A stretch of DNA of 64,000 nt from the NCBI GenBank assembly GCA_963751345.1, contig CAVVUS010000027.1:32001-96000 (forward strand), read 5' to 3'. Below are positions 43,967 to 54,568 of the stretch, in pieces. Source of the DNA: an uncultured Chloroflexia bacterium. Its GTDB lineage: Bacteria; Chloroflexota; Anaerolineae; B4-G1; SLSP01. The position numbers and the translations under genes were made by a program. The notes beneath the pieces were generated by a model. It was not told the origin of the DNA. It saw nothing but the letters and a program-made list of their open reading frames with translations, and searched no databases. Position 1 is the first letter of the stretch. Every line of letters begins with the position of its first letter.

Positions 43967-45265
43967 TCAGGGGATAAACACAGCGTCGGCGGGCATTCCC
44001 GGCTTCAGGAGGCCCTGCGGGTTGGGCAGTTCGATCTCGACGGCATAGAAAGTGTTCAGCCGCTCTTCAGCCGTCGCGACGTTGCGCGGCGTGAATTCCG
44101 GCTCTGCACCGATTTTGACAACCTGCCCCTCAAAGGTTTGCCCCGGCCTGCCGTCTTGGGCGGCGAACGCATCTACGCTGGTCTCGACGCGTTGCCCCAA
44201 CCGCACCTGTCCAACCTGATTCTCGGGCACATAGACCTCGAGCGTCACGGTATGGAGATCGGCCAGCGTGAGGAGCGTTGCTGCCGGAGCGGCCAATTCG
44301 CCCGCCTGCACTACCTGTGCCATAACTATGCCATCGATCGGGCTTGCCAGGATACAGCGATCGATCTTGAGATGCAGGAGAGCAACCTGGGCCTCGGCCT
44401 GAAGCACTTTGGCTTCGGCAACGGCCACCTCCTCGGCGGTCGGCCCGGCCAACGTGTCCGTTAACTGCGCACTGGCTACCGCAACCTCGGCGGCGGCGGC
44501 ATGATACTGACCCTCGGCCGCGTCGGCCTGAGCGATGTAGCCCAGGGGCTTGCTGTGAATCCACCACAACTGATCAAGGAGTGCCTGCGCCGTTCCCTGA
44601 TCGGCCTCCGCGGCGGCCAGGGCGTGCTCGGCGGCGGCGACCTGGTAGTCCGCAGCCTGTCGTTCCGTCGTGCCCTGGGATTTGATGTCCCTCGTCATCT
44701 GAACCTGGGCTAACTGCGCTTCAGCCAGCTCAACCTCCTGCACTGCAAGTGCGACCTGGGAGCGAGCGTCAACGATTCGCGCCTCCAGATCCAGGGGGTT
44801 ATCGACCACATCCAGCGCGTTCTGCCATGCCGTGAATAGACCGTCACGCTTTGCCTCGGCGGCGACCACCTTTGCACGCGCAGCCGCGGTCTCCTCGGCC
44901 CGCGGCCCTGCGCGCAGCACCTCGAGATCACTACGCGCGACACCGACGGCCGCCTCTGCCTGCAGAAGCTGCAGATCCCACGGGGTCGTATCCAGGGCCA
45001 CGAGAGCCTCGCCGGCCCGAACTGTCTCACCCTCCCGGACGTTGACGCTCGTGACCCGGCCGCCGAGTTCGCTGGCCAGGCGGATCTCCGTAGCTCGAAT
45101 CGTTCCCGACGCCGTCAACGGAGAAAGAGCCGCAGACGGCGCCTGCGGCGCGGACGTCGTCTGCGGCGTGCCTGCACAACCGGCAGCCAAAAGTGCCACC
45201 ACTACGCTGATCGCCGACACCACCCTGTGCCGCGTCGACCTCCGACTCACTGCTCCCTCAGTCAT
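43967..45265 (-). CDS. HlyD-family membrane fusion/efflux adaptor protein
   Basis: ASGTI, lipoyl-like GGRV..V.EG, coiled coil, EFTPRNVAT, LKPGMPAD. Confidence 0.85.
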   Translation of the reverse strand: MTEGAVSRRSTRHRVVSAISVVVALLAAGCAGTPQTTSAPQAPSAALSPLTASGTIRATEIRLASELGGRVTSVNVREGETVRAGEALVALDTTPWDLQLLQAEAAVGVARSDLEVLRAGPRAEETAAARAKVVAAEAKRDGLFTAWQNALDVVDNPLDLEARIVDARSQVALAVQEVELAEAQLAQVQMTRDIKSQGTTERQAADYQVAAAEHALAAAEADQGTAQALLDQLWWIHSKPLGYIAQADAAEGQYHAAAAEVAVASAQLTDTLAGPTAEEVAVAEAKVLQAEAQVALLHLKIDRCILASPIDGIVMAQVVQAGELAAPAATLLTLADLHTVTLEVYVPENQVGQVRLGQRVETSVDAFAAQDGRPGQTFEGQVVKIGAEPEFTPRNVATAEERLNTFYAVEIELPNPQGLLKPGMPADAVFIP

Positions 45266-46889
45266 GGCTGGGCGTCCCCTTGGATAAAGCGCACGTCGGC
45301 GGGCATACCCGGCTTCAGGAGGCCCTCTGGGTTGTCCAAGTGAAGATCGACGGCAAATACAAGATTCTCACGCTCCTCGACCGTCGCCACATTTCGCGGC
45401 GTGAACTCTGCTTGGTCCGAGATGTACTTCACGTGACCCGTGAAAGTACGGCCCGGAACGCCATCTGAGGCGCGAACGCCGTCTGAGGCGCGAACGCCAT
45501 CTACAGTCACCTCAACCGCTTGGCCCAACTGGATCTCGCCCACGCGTGTCTCAGGGATGTAGACCGTCAGTGTCATATCCGTCAGATCGGCTATGGAGAT
45601 CAACGGGGCACCCTTCGCAGCGATCTCGCCTGGGTGTGCCAGGATCTCAACGACGGTCCCTGAGATCGGGGCTGTGAGCGACAGCATCTCCCGCTCTCTC
45701 TGCAGCGCCTCAACACCGGCGTAGACTTGGTCCACCCGCGCTTTGACTGCCGCTATTTCCTCCACGCTCATACCCGCACGCAACGCGTCGACCCGGGTCT
45801 GGGCAAGCACCGCCTGCGCTGCCAGCTGCGCTTGCGCAGACAGCGCCTCATCGAGCTGTGCCTGAGTGGCCTGGGGGTTGGCCCTCTGGATATAGAGCTG
45901 GTTGAGTTTGGCCTCCAACCCATCTACTTTCGCTGCAGCAGCGTTCACCCCGACCCACGACTGCCACCATAGGTTCGGAAGTGACTGCGCATCTAGGGGA
46001 AAGACAATGTTCTTGTACACATACAGCTCGTAGTTGCCTTGATCCAAGTGGAGTTCGTAGTCATTGTATGTAAACGTGCGGTCCACAACCCCCGGCAGCA
46101 CGTCCCCCCAATCGGCCGGCAGCTGGTCGACCAGCTCATCAGGCAGGGCGTCGGTGATGAGGTCCTGCCACCGTGCCGTTGGCCACCTCGAATTTGTGCC
46201 GTCCTCCACCATCAAAACGGATATACGCCTCATCGAACGCAGCTTTCGCCACCTCCACAGCGTCTTTCTGAGCCACGGCCTCCGCGGCTCGCTCCTGGGC
46301 TGCCGCCAGTTGGCCGCGGGTCACCGCAATCTGCAGATCGATATCCTGAGGCGACGCAAGCAACGCCTGCGTATCGCTCACGGCACGTTGCGCGGCCACT
46401 TGCGCCACCTCAACCTGCGCCAATTGGGCCTCAGCCACCGCAATCTGCCCTGGCCTGGCGCCCGCTTGGGCCTGTGCGAGTCCAGCCTGCGGCAGCAGCG
46501 ACCCCCGCTTCGGCGACCGCGATCTGCGCATCGAGCATCGCCGTGTCGAGCTGGACGACGAGCTGGCCAAGCGCCACCGAATCCCCCTGCCGCGCAGCCA
46601 CATCAGCCACGAGACCCCCAAACTCACTGGCCACCGAGACCTGCCTGGCCTGCATCACGCCCGATGCGGTGAGCGGCGACAGATCCTGCGATACTCCCAG
46701 GTCATGTCGCAGTAGTTTGCCGAGCAGAGGCAGGTTGCTCCAAGACACCCCCGGTATGATGCCGCTCAGATACAATGCAACGGCCCCCATGGCCAGCACG
46801 GCCACGACGATCAGCAATCGAACGCCGTCTGAGGCGCGAACGCCGTCTGAGGCGCGAACGCCATTCGAGGCGTGCCCTCTCCTCTTCAT
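45262..46889 (-). CDS. HlyD-family efflux adaptor protein; frameshifts near 46500 and 46150-46200
   Basis: ORFs 46431..46889, 46139..46627, 45262..46233; TASGVM, AEFTPRNVAT, LKPGMPAD. Confidence 0.8.
45456..45502. repeat. Micro-repeat family A, 18-bp tandem in CDS
   Basis: GAACGCCATCTGAGGCGC GAACGCCGTCTGAGGCGC GAACGCCATCT; encodes DGVRASDGVRASDGV. Confidence 0.9.
46820..46873. repeat. Micro-repeat family A, three 18-bp units in CDS
   Basis: (GAACGCCGTCTGAGGCGC)x2 GAACGCCATTCGAGGCGT; encodes ASNGVRASDGVRASDGVR. Confidence 0.9.
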
Positions 46890-46902
46890 CTCACACTCTC
46901 AC

Positions 46903-47918
46903 TCATTCGCGATTTCGCCCACTCGTCGATTCCCGCTTCACCGCCGAGATAAAGACATCCTCCAGCGTCGGAGCGATCCAGGCAATACCATTCACCGTAA
47001 CGCCACCCTCTGACAACACCGCCGCTACCTCGGCCTCCGAAGTCCCCGCCGTCCCGGGCGCCTCAGGCACAACCACGTGGATCTGCGCCCCATAGAGCGC
47101 AACCTCCTCGAGCGGGAGCTGCCCCGTATCCTGGGCTGCCGTCAAGATCCTCATCGCACCATCGGCATCATCGGTGTCGATCTCAAGTACCCGGCCACGC
47201 ATGCGGGTCGCCTTTAGTGCATCCGGCGTATCGAGCGCAATCAGCCTTCCCCGGCTCAGAAAACCGACCCGCTGGCACAGCTCCGCCTCGTCCATATAGT
47301 GTGTCGTCACAAGCACCGTCACGCCGCCCTTGGCCATGCCGTAGATCAGATCCCAGAACTCCCGGCGACTGATCGGGTCGACGCCCGCCGTGGGCTCGTC
47401 GAGAAAGACAACTTCCGGCTCGTGCACGATTGCGCACCCAAGCGCCAGCCGCTGCTTCCACCCTCCCGAGAGATTTGCGGTCAGGGAATGCGCACGCCCC
47501 TCAAGCCCGGCCATCTCCAGGATCTGGGTCTCGCGCTGACGTAAGAATGCTCCTGAAAGCCCATACGCTTGGCCGTAGAAGCGGATATTCTCCATGGCGG
47601 TGAGGTCTTTGTAGAGCGTGAAGAGCTGGGACATATAGCCCACGTGAGCCTGCATCGCCTTGGCCTGCTTTGAGGGATCATACCCCAAGACGCGCATCTC
47701 GCCGGATGTCGGTCGCATGAGCCCGAGTAACATCCGAATCGTCGTCGTCTTTCCCGCGCCATTGGGTCCCAACCACCCGTAGACCTCGCCACGGTTGACG
47801 TGAAAGCTCACATCCTCGACGGCTGTGAAATCGCCAAAGGTCTTGGTGAGATTGCGGACGATGATCGGGTGCTCCGCATCCGCGCCGTCACGACCCTCGA
47901 TCCGCGCTCGCCCCTCAT
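46903..47918 (-). CDS. ABC transporter ATP-binding protein (drug/export type); start region affected by indel
   Basis: GPNGAGKTT, LSGGWKQRL, FLDEPTAGVD, TTHYMDEA. Confidence 0.9.
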
Positions 47919-47928
47919 CGCCTCCGCC

Positions 47929-48969
47929 CTACTCGTGGGAGGGCGATCGTCTGCTTCGTGGAGGCGCTTGCGCCGTCTGAGTCGCTCCGCCGTCTGAGGC
48001 GCCTCCGCCGTCCGCGGCGCGTGCCCTGATCAGCGAAATAAAGGCCTCCTCCATCCGCGGCGCGATCTCCCGCATCCCCTGGTAGGAGATCCCCTCGGCC
48101 GTGAGCGCCGCCTCGATCTCCGGGCGGCGTTGCGCTGGGTCATCCACGAAGACGTGAAGCATCACACCATACGTCTGCACCTCCTTCACGCCCGCCAGCC
48201 CGGCGACCAGGCGCTTGGCGGGCACAAACGGAGAGGGCACAAACTCCAGGAGATGACCGGGCACCATCGTTTTGATGACATCCGGCGAGTCGTGAGCAAT
48301 CAGCCGGCCCCGATACATCAGGCCGACCCAGTTGCATCGCTCGGCTTCATCCATATACGGCGTGCAGACAAAGATCGTGACCCCTTTTTCAGCGCGCAGG
48401 CTCCCCAGGAGATTCCAGAACTCGCGGCGACTCACAGGGTCAACACCCAGCGTAGGCTCGTCCAACATCACGACCTGTGGCTCGTGGATCAGACTGCAGG
48501 CCAGCGCCAGCTTCTTCTTCATCCCGCCTGACAGCTGCTTCGCCGGTCGGTCTGTGAAATCGGAGAGACCTGCGAACCCCAGAAGCTCGGGGACGCGCCG
48601 CCGTTGGGCCTCGCGGCTCACGCCCTGGACGTTCGCGAAGAAGCGCATGTTCTCCATGACCGTCAGATCTCCGGGCAGCGCAAACTGCTGGGCGATGTAG
48701 CCCACGCGTTCGCGGATCGCGTAGATATCGCGCATCGAATCATAGCCCAGGATCTCGCTCTCGCCGGAGGTCCTGGAGAGCAATCCCAGGATAACCCGCA
48801 CCGTCGTCGTCTTTCCGGCACCGTCGGGGCCAATCAGTCCATACGTCTCACCGCGCCGGACCTGGAGCGTGACACCATCAATTGCCAGAACCGGGCCCTG
48901 CCGCGTTCGGTATCGCTTCGTCAGATCATGCGTTCGGATGGTTATTGTCCGGTCCACGAGCCCAGACAC
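47929..48969 (-). CDS. ABC transporter ATP-binding protein
   Basis: GPDGAGKTT, LSGGMKKKL, LDEPTLGVD. Confidence 0.9.
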   Translation of the reverse strand: MSGLVDRTITIRTHDLTKRYRTRQGPVLAIDGVTLQVRRGETYGLIGPDGAGKTTTVRVILGLLSRTSGESEILGYDSMRDIYAIRERVGYIAQQFALPGDLTVMENMRFFANVQGVSREAQRRRVPELLGFAGLSDFTDRPAKQLSGGMKKKLALACSLIHEPQVVMLDEPTLGVDPVSRREFWNLLGSLRAEKGVTIFVCTPYMDEAERCNWVGLMYRGRLIAHDSPDVIKTMVPGHLLEFVPSPFVPAKRLVAGLAGVKEVQTYGVMLHVFVDDPAQRRPEIEAALTAEGISYQGMREIAPRMEEAFISLIRARAADGGGASDGGATQTAQAPPRSRRSPSHE

Positions 48970-49024
48970 TCCTTATCTTGGATACCCGAAACCGGAGAAG
49001 GCACTTGACCGTTGGCATATCCAC

Positions 49025-49059
49025 ACGTCTAAACGTTCAAACGTCTTAACGTTCAGACG
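49025..49059. repeat. 8-bp periodic ACGT repeat
   Basis: ACGTCTAA ACGTTCAA ACGTCTTA ACGTTCAG ACG. Confidence 0.7.
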
Positions 49060-50344
49060 CCGGATAGTGCGTGTAATTACGCAGGTCGACCACACGCCCT
49101 GCGTGCGCCCACGGAACGTCAAAATCACGTGGCAGTTCCGACGGCAACACCCCCTGATCATAGCACGTCTCCAGGGCTTGCTGGAGTCCTTTCACCCAAA
49201 TCAGGGCGTCGTCCAGTCTGCTGGGCGCGTCATCGTCCAGTCTGCTGGGGGCGTCATCGCCCCGTGCTTCATGGTTCACCAGGTAATCGGGGAACTCCCC
49301 GATCGATGTGACCGACTCCTGTGCTCCATTGACGGCCAGAGTATGCGACATCGCCGCGCGAATCCCGCATGCCAGCGGCGCGCCGGTGCCATCGCGTGGA
49401 TCGCCACGCGCCGCGTGGCTGCCACGCGCAGCGTCGATGGCATCCCAGAGTTTCTGATCCTCGTCGGCGAAGGGATCTCCATAGTCCTTGACGCGCCCGT
49501 CCGTGAAGTGCGCGAGAACGGGGTTGCCGTATGCGGCATAATCGACCACGGCATCCTCGAACTCGTAGCTCAGCACGGGACCGATGTTCTCGTGTACCGA
49601 ATGAGATGTATAGAAGAGAATCTCTACGCCTTCCTCGGTATGACACCGCAACGCGGCCGTATCGTAGTTCTCGATCTCGTTCGCGCGGTAAAGCTCGGCT
49701 TGCACGTCGACCGGGCGCGCACTGGTCTCGCGCGTTGGCCCCAGGACGTAGAAGCAGTTGTGCAGATAGTGGGCCGTCGCGTTGTTGACCGGGCTATCCA
49801 GGATCCAATCCCCGTTCGACGCTCGTAACTTGGCAGCCCAGTTGTTGCGACGGTAGTAGGAGAGGGGCCGAGGCCAGAGCACCTTGGTCCGGAAACGCAG
49901 CGGCTTGCCCAGCACCCCGGCCATAATATCGGCCTTCAGCGCCTGCATCGTGCGCGAAAAGGACCATTGGTAGCCAATCCCGACAAAGCCCTCTGCAGCG
50001 TCGTCCGCCTCCGCCATCCGCAAAGCGTCCTGGATCGTCGCGGTCACGGGCTTTTCACACAAGACGTTCGACCCGTGCGCCAACGCAGTCTCCGTGAAGG
50101 GGCGGTGGAGATGGATGGGTGCGGCAATGACCACTAACTCGGCCGAGGATGCCGCGTAGAAGTGATCCAGATCAGGATAGATCGGAATCTGACGCTCCTG
50201 GAATGCGTCCAGGAAGCGACACCCACGCGGATCCGGATCGATCCCGGCGACGAGCCGGAATCCCTCACGGTCGGAGAACAGGCGTGCGAGATAGGTGTTC
50301 CCGTAGCCCCCTAAAGCCACCATCGCGACAGTCACGTCTCTCAT
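49046..50344 (-). CDS. Gfo/Idh/MocA family oxidoreductase
   Basis: LGGYG, VVIAAPIHLH, NVLCEKP, NNATAHY. Confidence 0.85.
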   Translation of the reverse strand: MRDVTVAMVALGGYGNTYLARLFSDREGFRLVAGIDPDPRGCRFLDAFQERQIPIYPDLDHFYAASSAELVVIAAPIHLHRPFTETALAHGSNVLCEKPVTATIQDALRMAEADDAAEGFVGIGYQWSFSRTMQALKADIMAGVLGKPLRFRTKVLWPRPLSYYRRNNWAAKLRASNGDWILDSPVNNATAHYLHNCFYVLGPTRETSARPVDVQAELYRANEIENYDTAALRCHTEEGVEILFYTSHSVHENIGPVLSYEFEDAVVDYAAYGNPVLAHFTDGRVKDYGDPFADEDQKLWDAIDAARGSHAARGDPRDGTGAPLACGIRAAMSHTLAVNGAQESVTSIGEFPDYLVNHEARGDDAPSRLDDDAPSRLDDALIWVKGLQQALETCYDQGVLPSELPRDFDVPWAHAGRVVDLRNYTHYPASER

Positions 50345-50417
50345 GCATCCTCCCCTAAGGGGACTCGGGGCGTAAGCCCACCCAGCCCGGTCATCAAAGG
50401 AACGCCCACGGCTGAAC

Positions 50418-50846
50418 CTATGCCGGTACGAAGCCGACACTAACCGCAGTGCGGATCATAGCCACATTGTCGGATGCGGTATGACACGTTGCCACTCGTC
50501 CGGACGCCAGGATGTGGGACGTAACAAACGCAACTACCCGTTTCCCGTAGCCCTGCCGGCGGAAACCCTCCGGCGTCCTGACCGCCGCCGTCTCCCAGGC
50601 TTCATCCGAATACCGCCACTCGGCTGCGATCGCAACCACCTGCCCACCGGCGACAAAGCCACAGTACCGATAGCCATCCTGATGGGCATCCTCCCAGATT
50701 CGCCTGGATAATGGAGCTTCAGGCGACCAGAGAGCCTCAGCAAGGTGATAGTCAGCGTCCCGGTCGAGCCACCGAACTCCTGAGAACTCAACATTCCTGT
50801 AGCTCTCCGGTGTACAGACCAGGCTAACGAAGGTGGGTGTGGGCAT
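50418..50846 (-). CDS. GNAT-family acetyltransferase
   Basis: VRTPEGFRRQGYGK acetyl-CoA motif, DNVAM...GF. Confidence 0.75.
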   Translation of the reverse strand: MPTPTFVSLVCTPESYRNVEFSGVRWLDRDADYHLAEALWSPEAPLSRRIWEDAHQDGYRYCGFVAGGQVVAIAAEWRYSDEAWETAAVRTPEGFRRQGYGKRVVAFVTSHILASGRVATCHTASDNVAMIRTAVSVGFVPA

Positions 50847-50858
50847 CGAAGGGACAGC

Positions 50859-52173
50859 TCATCTGTGGGCCAGGATCATATCGATCCGCAAGATGGCCTC
50901 GTGGGTCGCACGCCCCGAATGGTAACACGCCTTCCATGGGTTGCCGATTGCCGCAACCAGCGGGTCACCGGTCTCGCTCAGCAGCGTCATCCATTCACCC
51001 AGTCTATGGTTGATCATATGCTCCCATACGAACGACCAGACAAGGTCGAACGCCTCGAAGTACTTCGCATCGCCCGTGATCTCATAGGCGTCAAGGTAGC
51101 CCACGAGCGCCTCTGCATTCTGCCAGAACTCCTTGTCGCGCACCAGAGCAGGCCCTGCGTGCGGTCCGTCGCGGTAGACGCCCCCATGCTCGCGGTCGAG
51201 GCCATAGGCTAGCGAGTGATCCACCAGATGGCGAACCACGCCTTCATAGGCGTCCCGTGGCTTGCCCAGCACCTCGCCGGCCCGAACCAGGAGCCAGGCC
51301 AACTCCACGTTGTGCCCGTAGGAGGTTGTATCAGTCGGTGCTTCGACCGACTCGCCCTCGCGGTCGGCGTTCCACGTCCGCCGGATCGCGATTGCCGGGA
51401 TGGGGCGGAAGTTCAGATCGTACTGGTTACCACCGCAGCCGTTCTCCATATCGACCATGTGCGTGAGGATCACGTCGATGACTTCCTGGAGCCGGCGGCG
51501 GTGGACCTCTTTGCCGGATGCTTGCGCCAGGACCGTGAAGCATTCCAACAGGTGCATGTGGATATCCAGCGACTTCCGATCCCCCGCGCAGAAGCCCCCC
51601 GGCGAGAGCTGCCAATCGGGCTCCAGGTTCTCGTAGTAGCCGCCGCGAGCGGTGTCGACACAGTATCGCTGCAGCAGATCGAACGTGCGCTCCGCATAGT
51701 CCAAGCCCACGCTCGTCGCCCGTGGCGAGATAATACGTGGCGAGAGCGTAGATGGCGAAACTCTGACCATAGACCAGCTTGCCATTGTCGATCATCGTGC
51801 CGTCGCGCGCCACTTTCCACGCCCAGCCGCCGTGATCCACATCCCAGAAATGATCGATGAAGAAGTCGACGCCCTGGCGTGCGTAGGGGACATAACGATC
51901 GTCGTCGGGATCGATCATATGGAAGGTGGAGAATCCCCAGATCAGGCGGGTCTGCGTGACGATATGCTTATCGAACACCGTCTGAGGCGCGGACGCCGTC
52001 CGAGGCGCGGTGTCATCCTCGATGAGTTCGCCGTTGGCATCGAAACAGGTCAGATAGCCGCCGTAGTCCTGATCGACACCGCGCAGCGTCCAGAAGGGCA
52101 TGATCCCCCGGGTCAGGTGCTCCTGTAGCTGTGCACGCGCCGTACGCAGTCGCTCCTCAATAAGTGTGTCCAC
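50859..52173 (-). CDS. AGE family (N-acylglucosamine/cellobiose 2-epimerase) protein; frameshift near 51710
   Basis: MPFW..GGY, QTRLIWGFS, YGQSFAIYAL, HMHLLE, SYGHNVE, WQNAEA, WKACYH. Confidence 0.85.
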
Positions 52174-52188
52174 GCTTGCCCCCGATTT

Positions 52189-53578
52189 CTATGGAAAGAA
52201 GTTCGGTAGATTCGCTCGGTGCGCCGCCAGCAGGTCCTCCATCATCGACGCTGCCACGCCGCGGTCCGTGATCGCGCCATCCAGAAGCAAAGCCTCCACG
52301 AAAAGCCTCCGGTCTCCGGTTAGCGCTGCTTCGACCGTGAGACGCGTCGATGCCAGTCTTCGCGAGATAACGCCTGCCAGCTCATCGGAGAAATCCGGCG
52401 TCTGGATCGGCAAGAGGCCAACCGCGCGTCGCGACGGCGGGGATCTCCAGGATGGCATCGTCGGGCAGGCTGGGCACAGTCCCCTGGTTGGGCAAGTTGG
52501 CCGCGAAAACCTCACGGGTATCGTAGCGAATCGCACGAATGATGTTCAGCAACTGCTCATGCTCGCCCACCGTGTGCGTGAAGATCCACGCATCCAGCGG
52601 CTCCTCCCCCAATGCCTGGGCTCGCATCCGGGCGTAGTCTCGGTCCCCCGCGGCGATCGTGCCCTCGAACGAATAGGCATCAACCCCCAGCGTCTTGCCG
52701 TAGTAACGTCCACCGGGGAATCGCTCGGGAAAGAACTCCGTGACGTGCCGATCGTTTGCGGAGGGATACGCTCCATAGGCCTCGAAGAGCGACCAGGAGA
52801 ACGGATTGTCGATGCCGAAGGTGGAAGGCGAAGCCGAGCCATCGCCCAGTCGTTCGCGAGCCACAGGCCACATATCGCGCCCGCGCCACCGAAGGTCGTG
52901 GATGAAGGTCAGGTGGTTCAGGCCCGCAAAGCGCACCGTCCAGTCTGCTGGACGCACCGTCCACGCCGTCTGAGGCGCGTCCGCTGGACGCATCGTCTCC
53001 TCCGGGGGTGCCCCCACAAACTGGGCTAGCTGCCGGCTGACGTCGAAAGTGCCATGACACAGCCCAATAACGGGCACGCCCGTGGCCTTGCGCACCGCCC
53101 AGCAGTTAGCCGTCATCGGGTTGCTGTAGTTGAAAAACCAGGCACGGGGACACTGTTCGGCCACGTCGCGGGCGATCCCGACCAGCGCCGGAATCATCCG
53201 CATGGCGCGCGAAATACCTCCCGGCATCACGGTGTCGCCTACCGGCTGGTAGATCCCGTAGGTCCGCGGGATGAAGACATCGGCTTCCCAGGCGCGACGA
53301 CCGCCGACGCCGATCGTCGAAACAACGATGTCCGCACCGGGCAGGAGATCGCGGCGATCTTCGGAGGCCTGGACGTCGATATCGGCGCCCGTCGCCTCCA
53401 CCATGCGCCGGCTCAGCCCCTCTGCCGTCTCCAGCGCCTCAGGATCGATGTCGACAAGGCCCAGCACCCACGGCCCCAGTGCCGGTGACTGGATCAAGTC
53501 GGCCACGAGCCCTTTGGTGAAGACCGCGCTCCCGGCACCGATCAGCACGATTTTCGTGGTACGTTGACGTTCCGTCAT
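52189..53578 (-). CDS. Family 4 glycoside hydrolase (alpha-galactosidase-like); frameshift near 52420
   Basis: LIGAGSAVF, GDTVMPGG, NYSNPM, GLCHG, AGLNHL. Confidence 0.9.
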
Positions 53579-54431
53579 TTTGCCTCGACGCACCCGGCCT
53601 CGACCATCACCTTGCGCAACGCGGTGACGGCAATCTGCATCCCGTCGGCGCCGCTGAATCCGGTGCTGTGACCGGCAATCTTCAGGTGGGGCTCCAGTGA
53701 AAGGATCCCCTGATATCCGCTCGCCTTCAGGTGAGTCAGCAGAAGCGAAAGCTGACCATCCCCCTCACCCGCAGGGACAACGTGCCCATCACTCAACACC
53801 GCATCCTTGATGTGAACGTAGCCGATAGCATCGCCGAGCATCGGCCATCCGCGCTCGACGACCTTGGCCTCTCCGACCTGGATGAAGTTCGCCGAATCCC
53901 AGAGAAAGCGCAGATTCGGACTGTCGACCGCCTTGACCACCGTCTCGCAACGCGCAAGCGTGTCGGTGACGATCCCCTTCTCGTTCTCCAGCAGCAGGAC
54001 AAAGCCCGCTTCCTCGGCCATCCCGGCGAGCTTGCTCAGACGCTCGGTGGAGGCCTCGACGTACTGGTCATACGCGGCGTTGGTGCTTGTATCAGGAGGG
54101 TAGAAAGAGAAGAGCCGCACGTTACGGCAGCCGACGATCTCGCCGACCCTGAAGATCCTGCGCAGGTTCTCCATCTCAACCTCGATCGGCTGCATGATGG
54201 GCGACTTACCGATCGGGCTTCCGAGACAGGCGACGTACAATGCCGTGAGTCCGCGCAGACCTTCACGACTTGGTCGAGGTCCTCGTCGTCCATATGGAGC
54301 ACGTTCTTGCCCCACGCGCCGCGCAGGTCGAGGCGCCCCACCCCCAGCTCCCCCAACGTCGTAAGCTGCTCGTCCAGATCCGGCGCAATTTCATCGCCAA
54401 AAGCGCTGATCCGAAATGTCGCTGACGTCAT
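53575..54431 (-). CDS. Sugar phosphate isomerase/epimerase (TIM barrel); frameshift near 54255
   Basis: SAFGDEI, GSPIGK, LENEKGI, WDSANF, YVHIKDA, SLEPHL. Confidence 0.85.
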
Positions 54432-54466
54432 CTCTCTTCCCTCCTGATAGTTAGTCGTGTCAGTCC

Positions 54467-54534
54467 GTTAGCACATTGAACGTTTGCACGTTCGGACTGT
54501 TAGTTTCAACGTGCAAACGTTCAAACGTGCTAAC
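54467..54534. repeat. Long hairpin built from 8-bp ACGT units (same family as 49025)
   Basis: GTTAGCACATTGAACGTTTGCACGTT ... AACGTGCAAACGTTCAAACGTGCTAAC. Confidence 0.75.
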
Positions 54535-54568
54535 AGCTTGCCCTGTGTATGTCACGGGGTCCCAACGC

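Noticed and set aside
46903-48969. Stop-codon readthrough joining the two ABC ATPases (same frame across TAG 47929)
   Set aside because: An ATG with GGAGG lies at 47918 one base out of frame, and indels in this repeat-rich junction are the simpler explanation.
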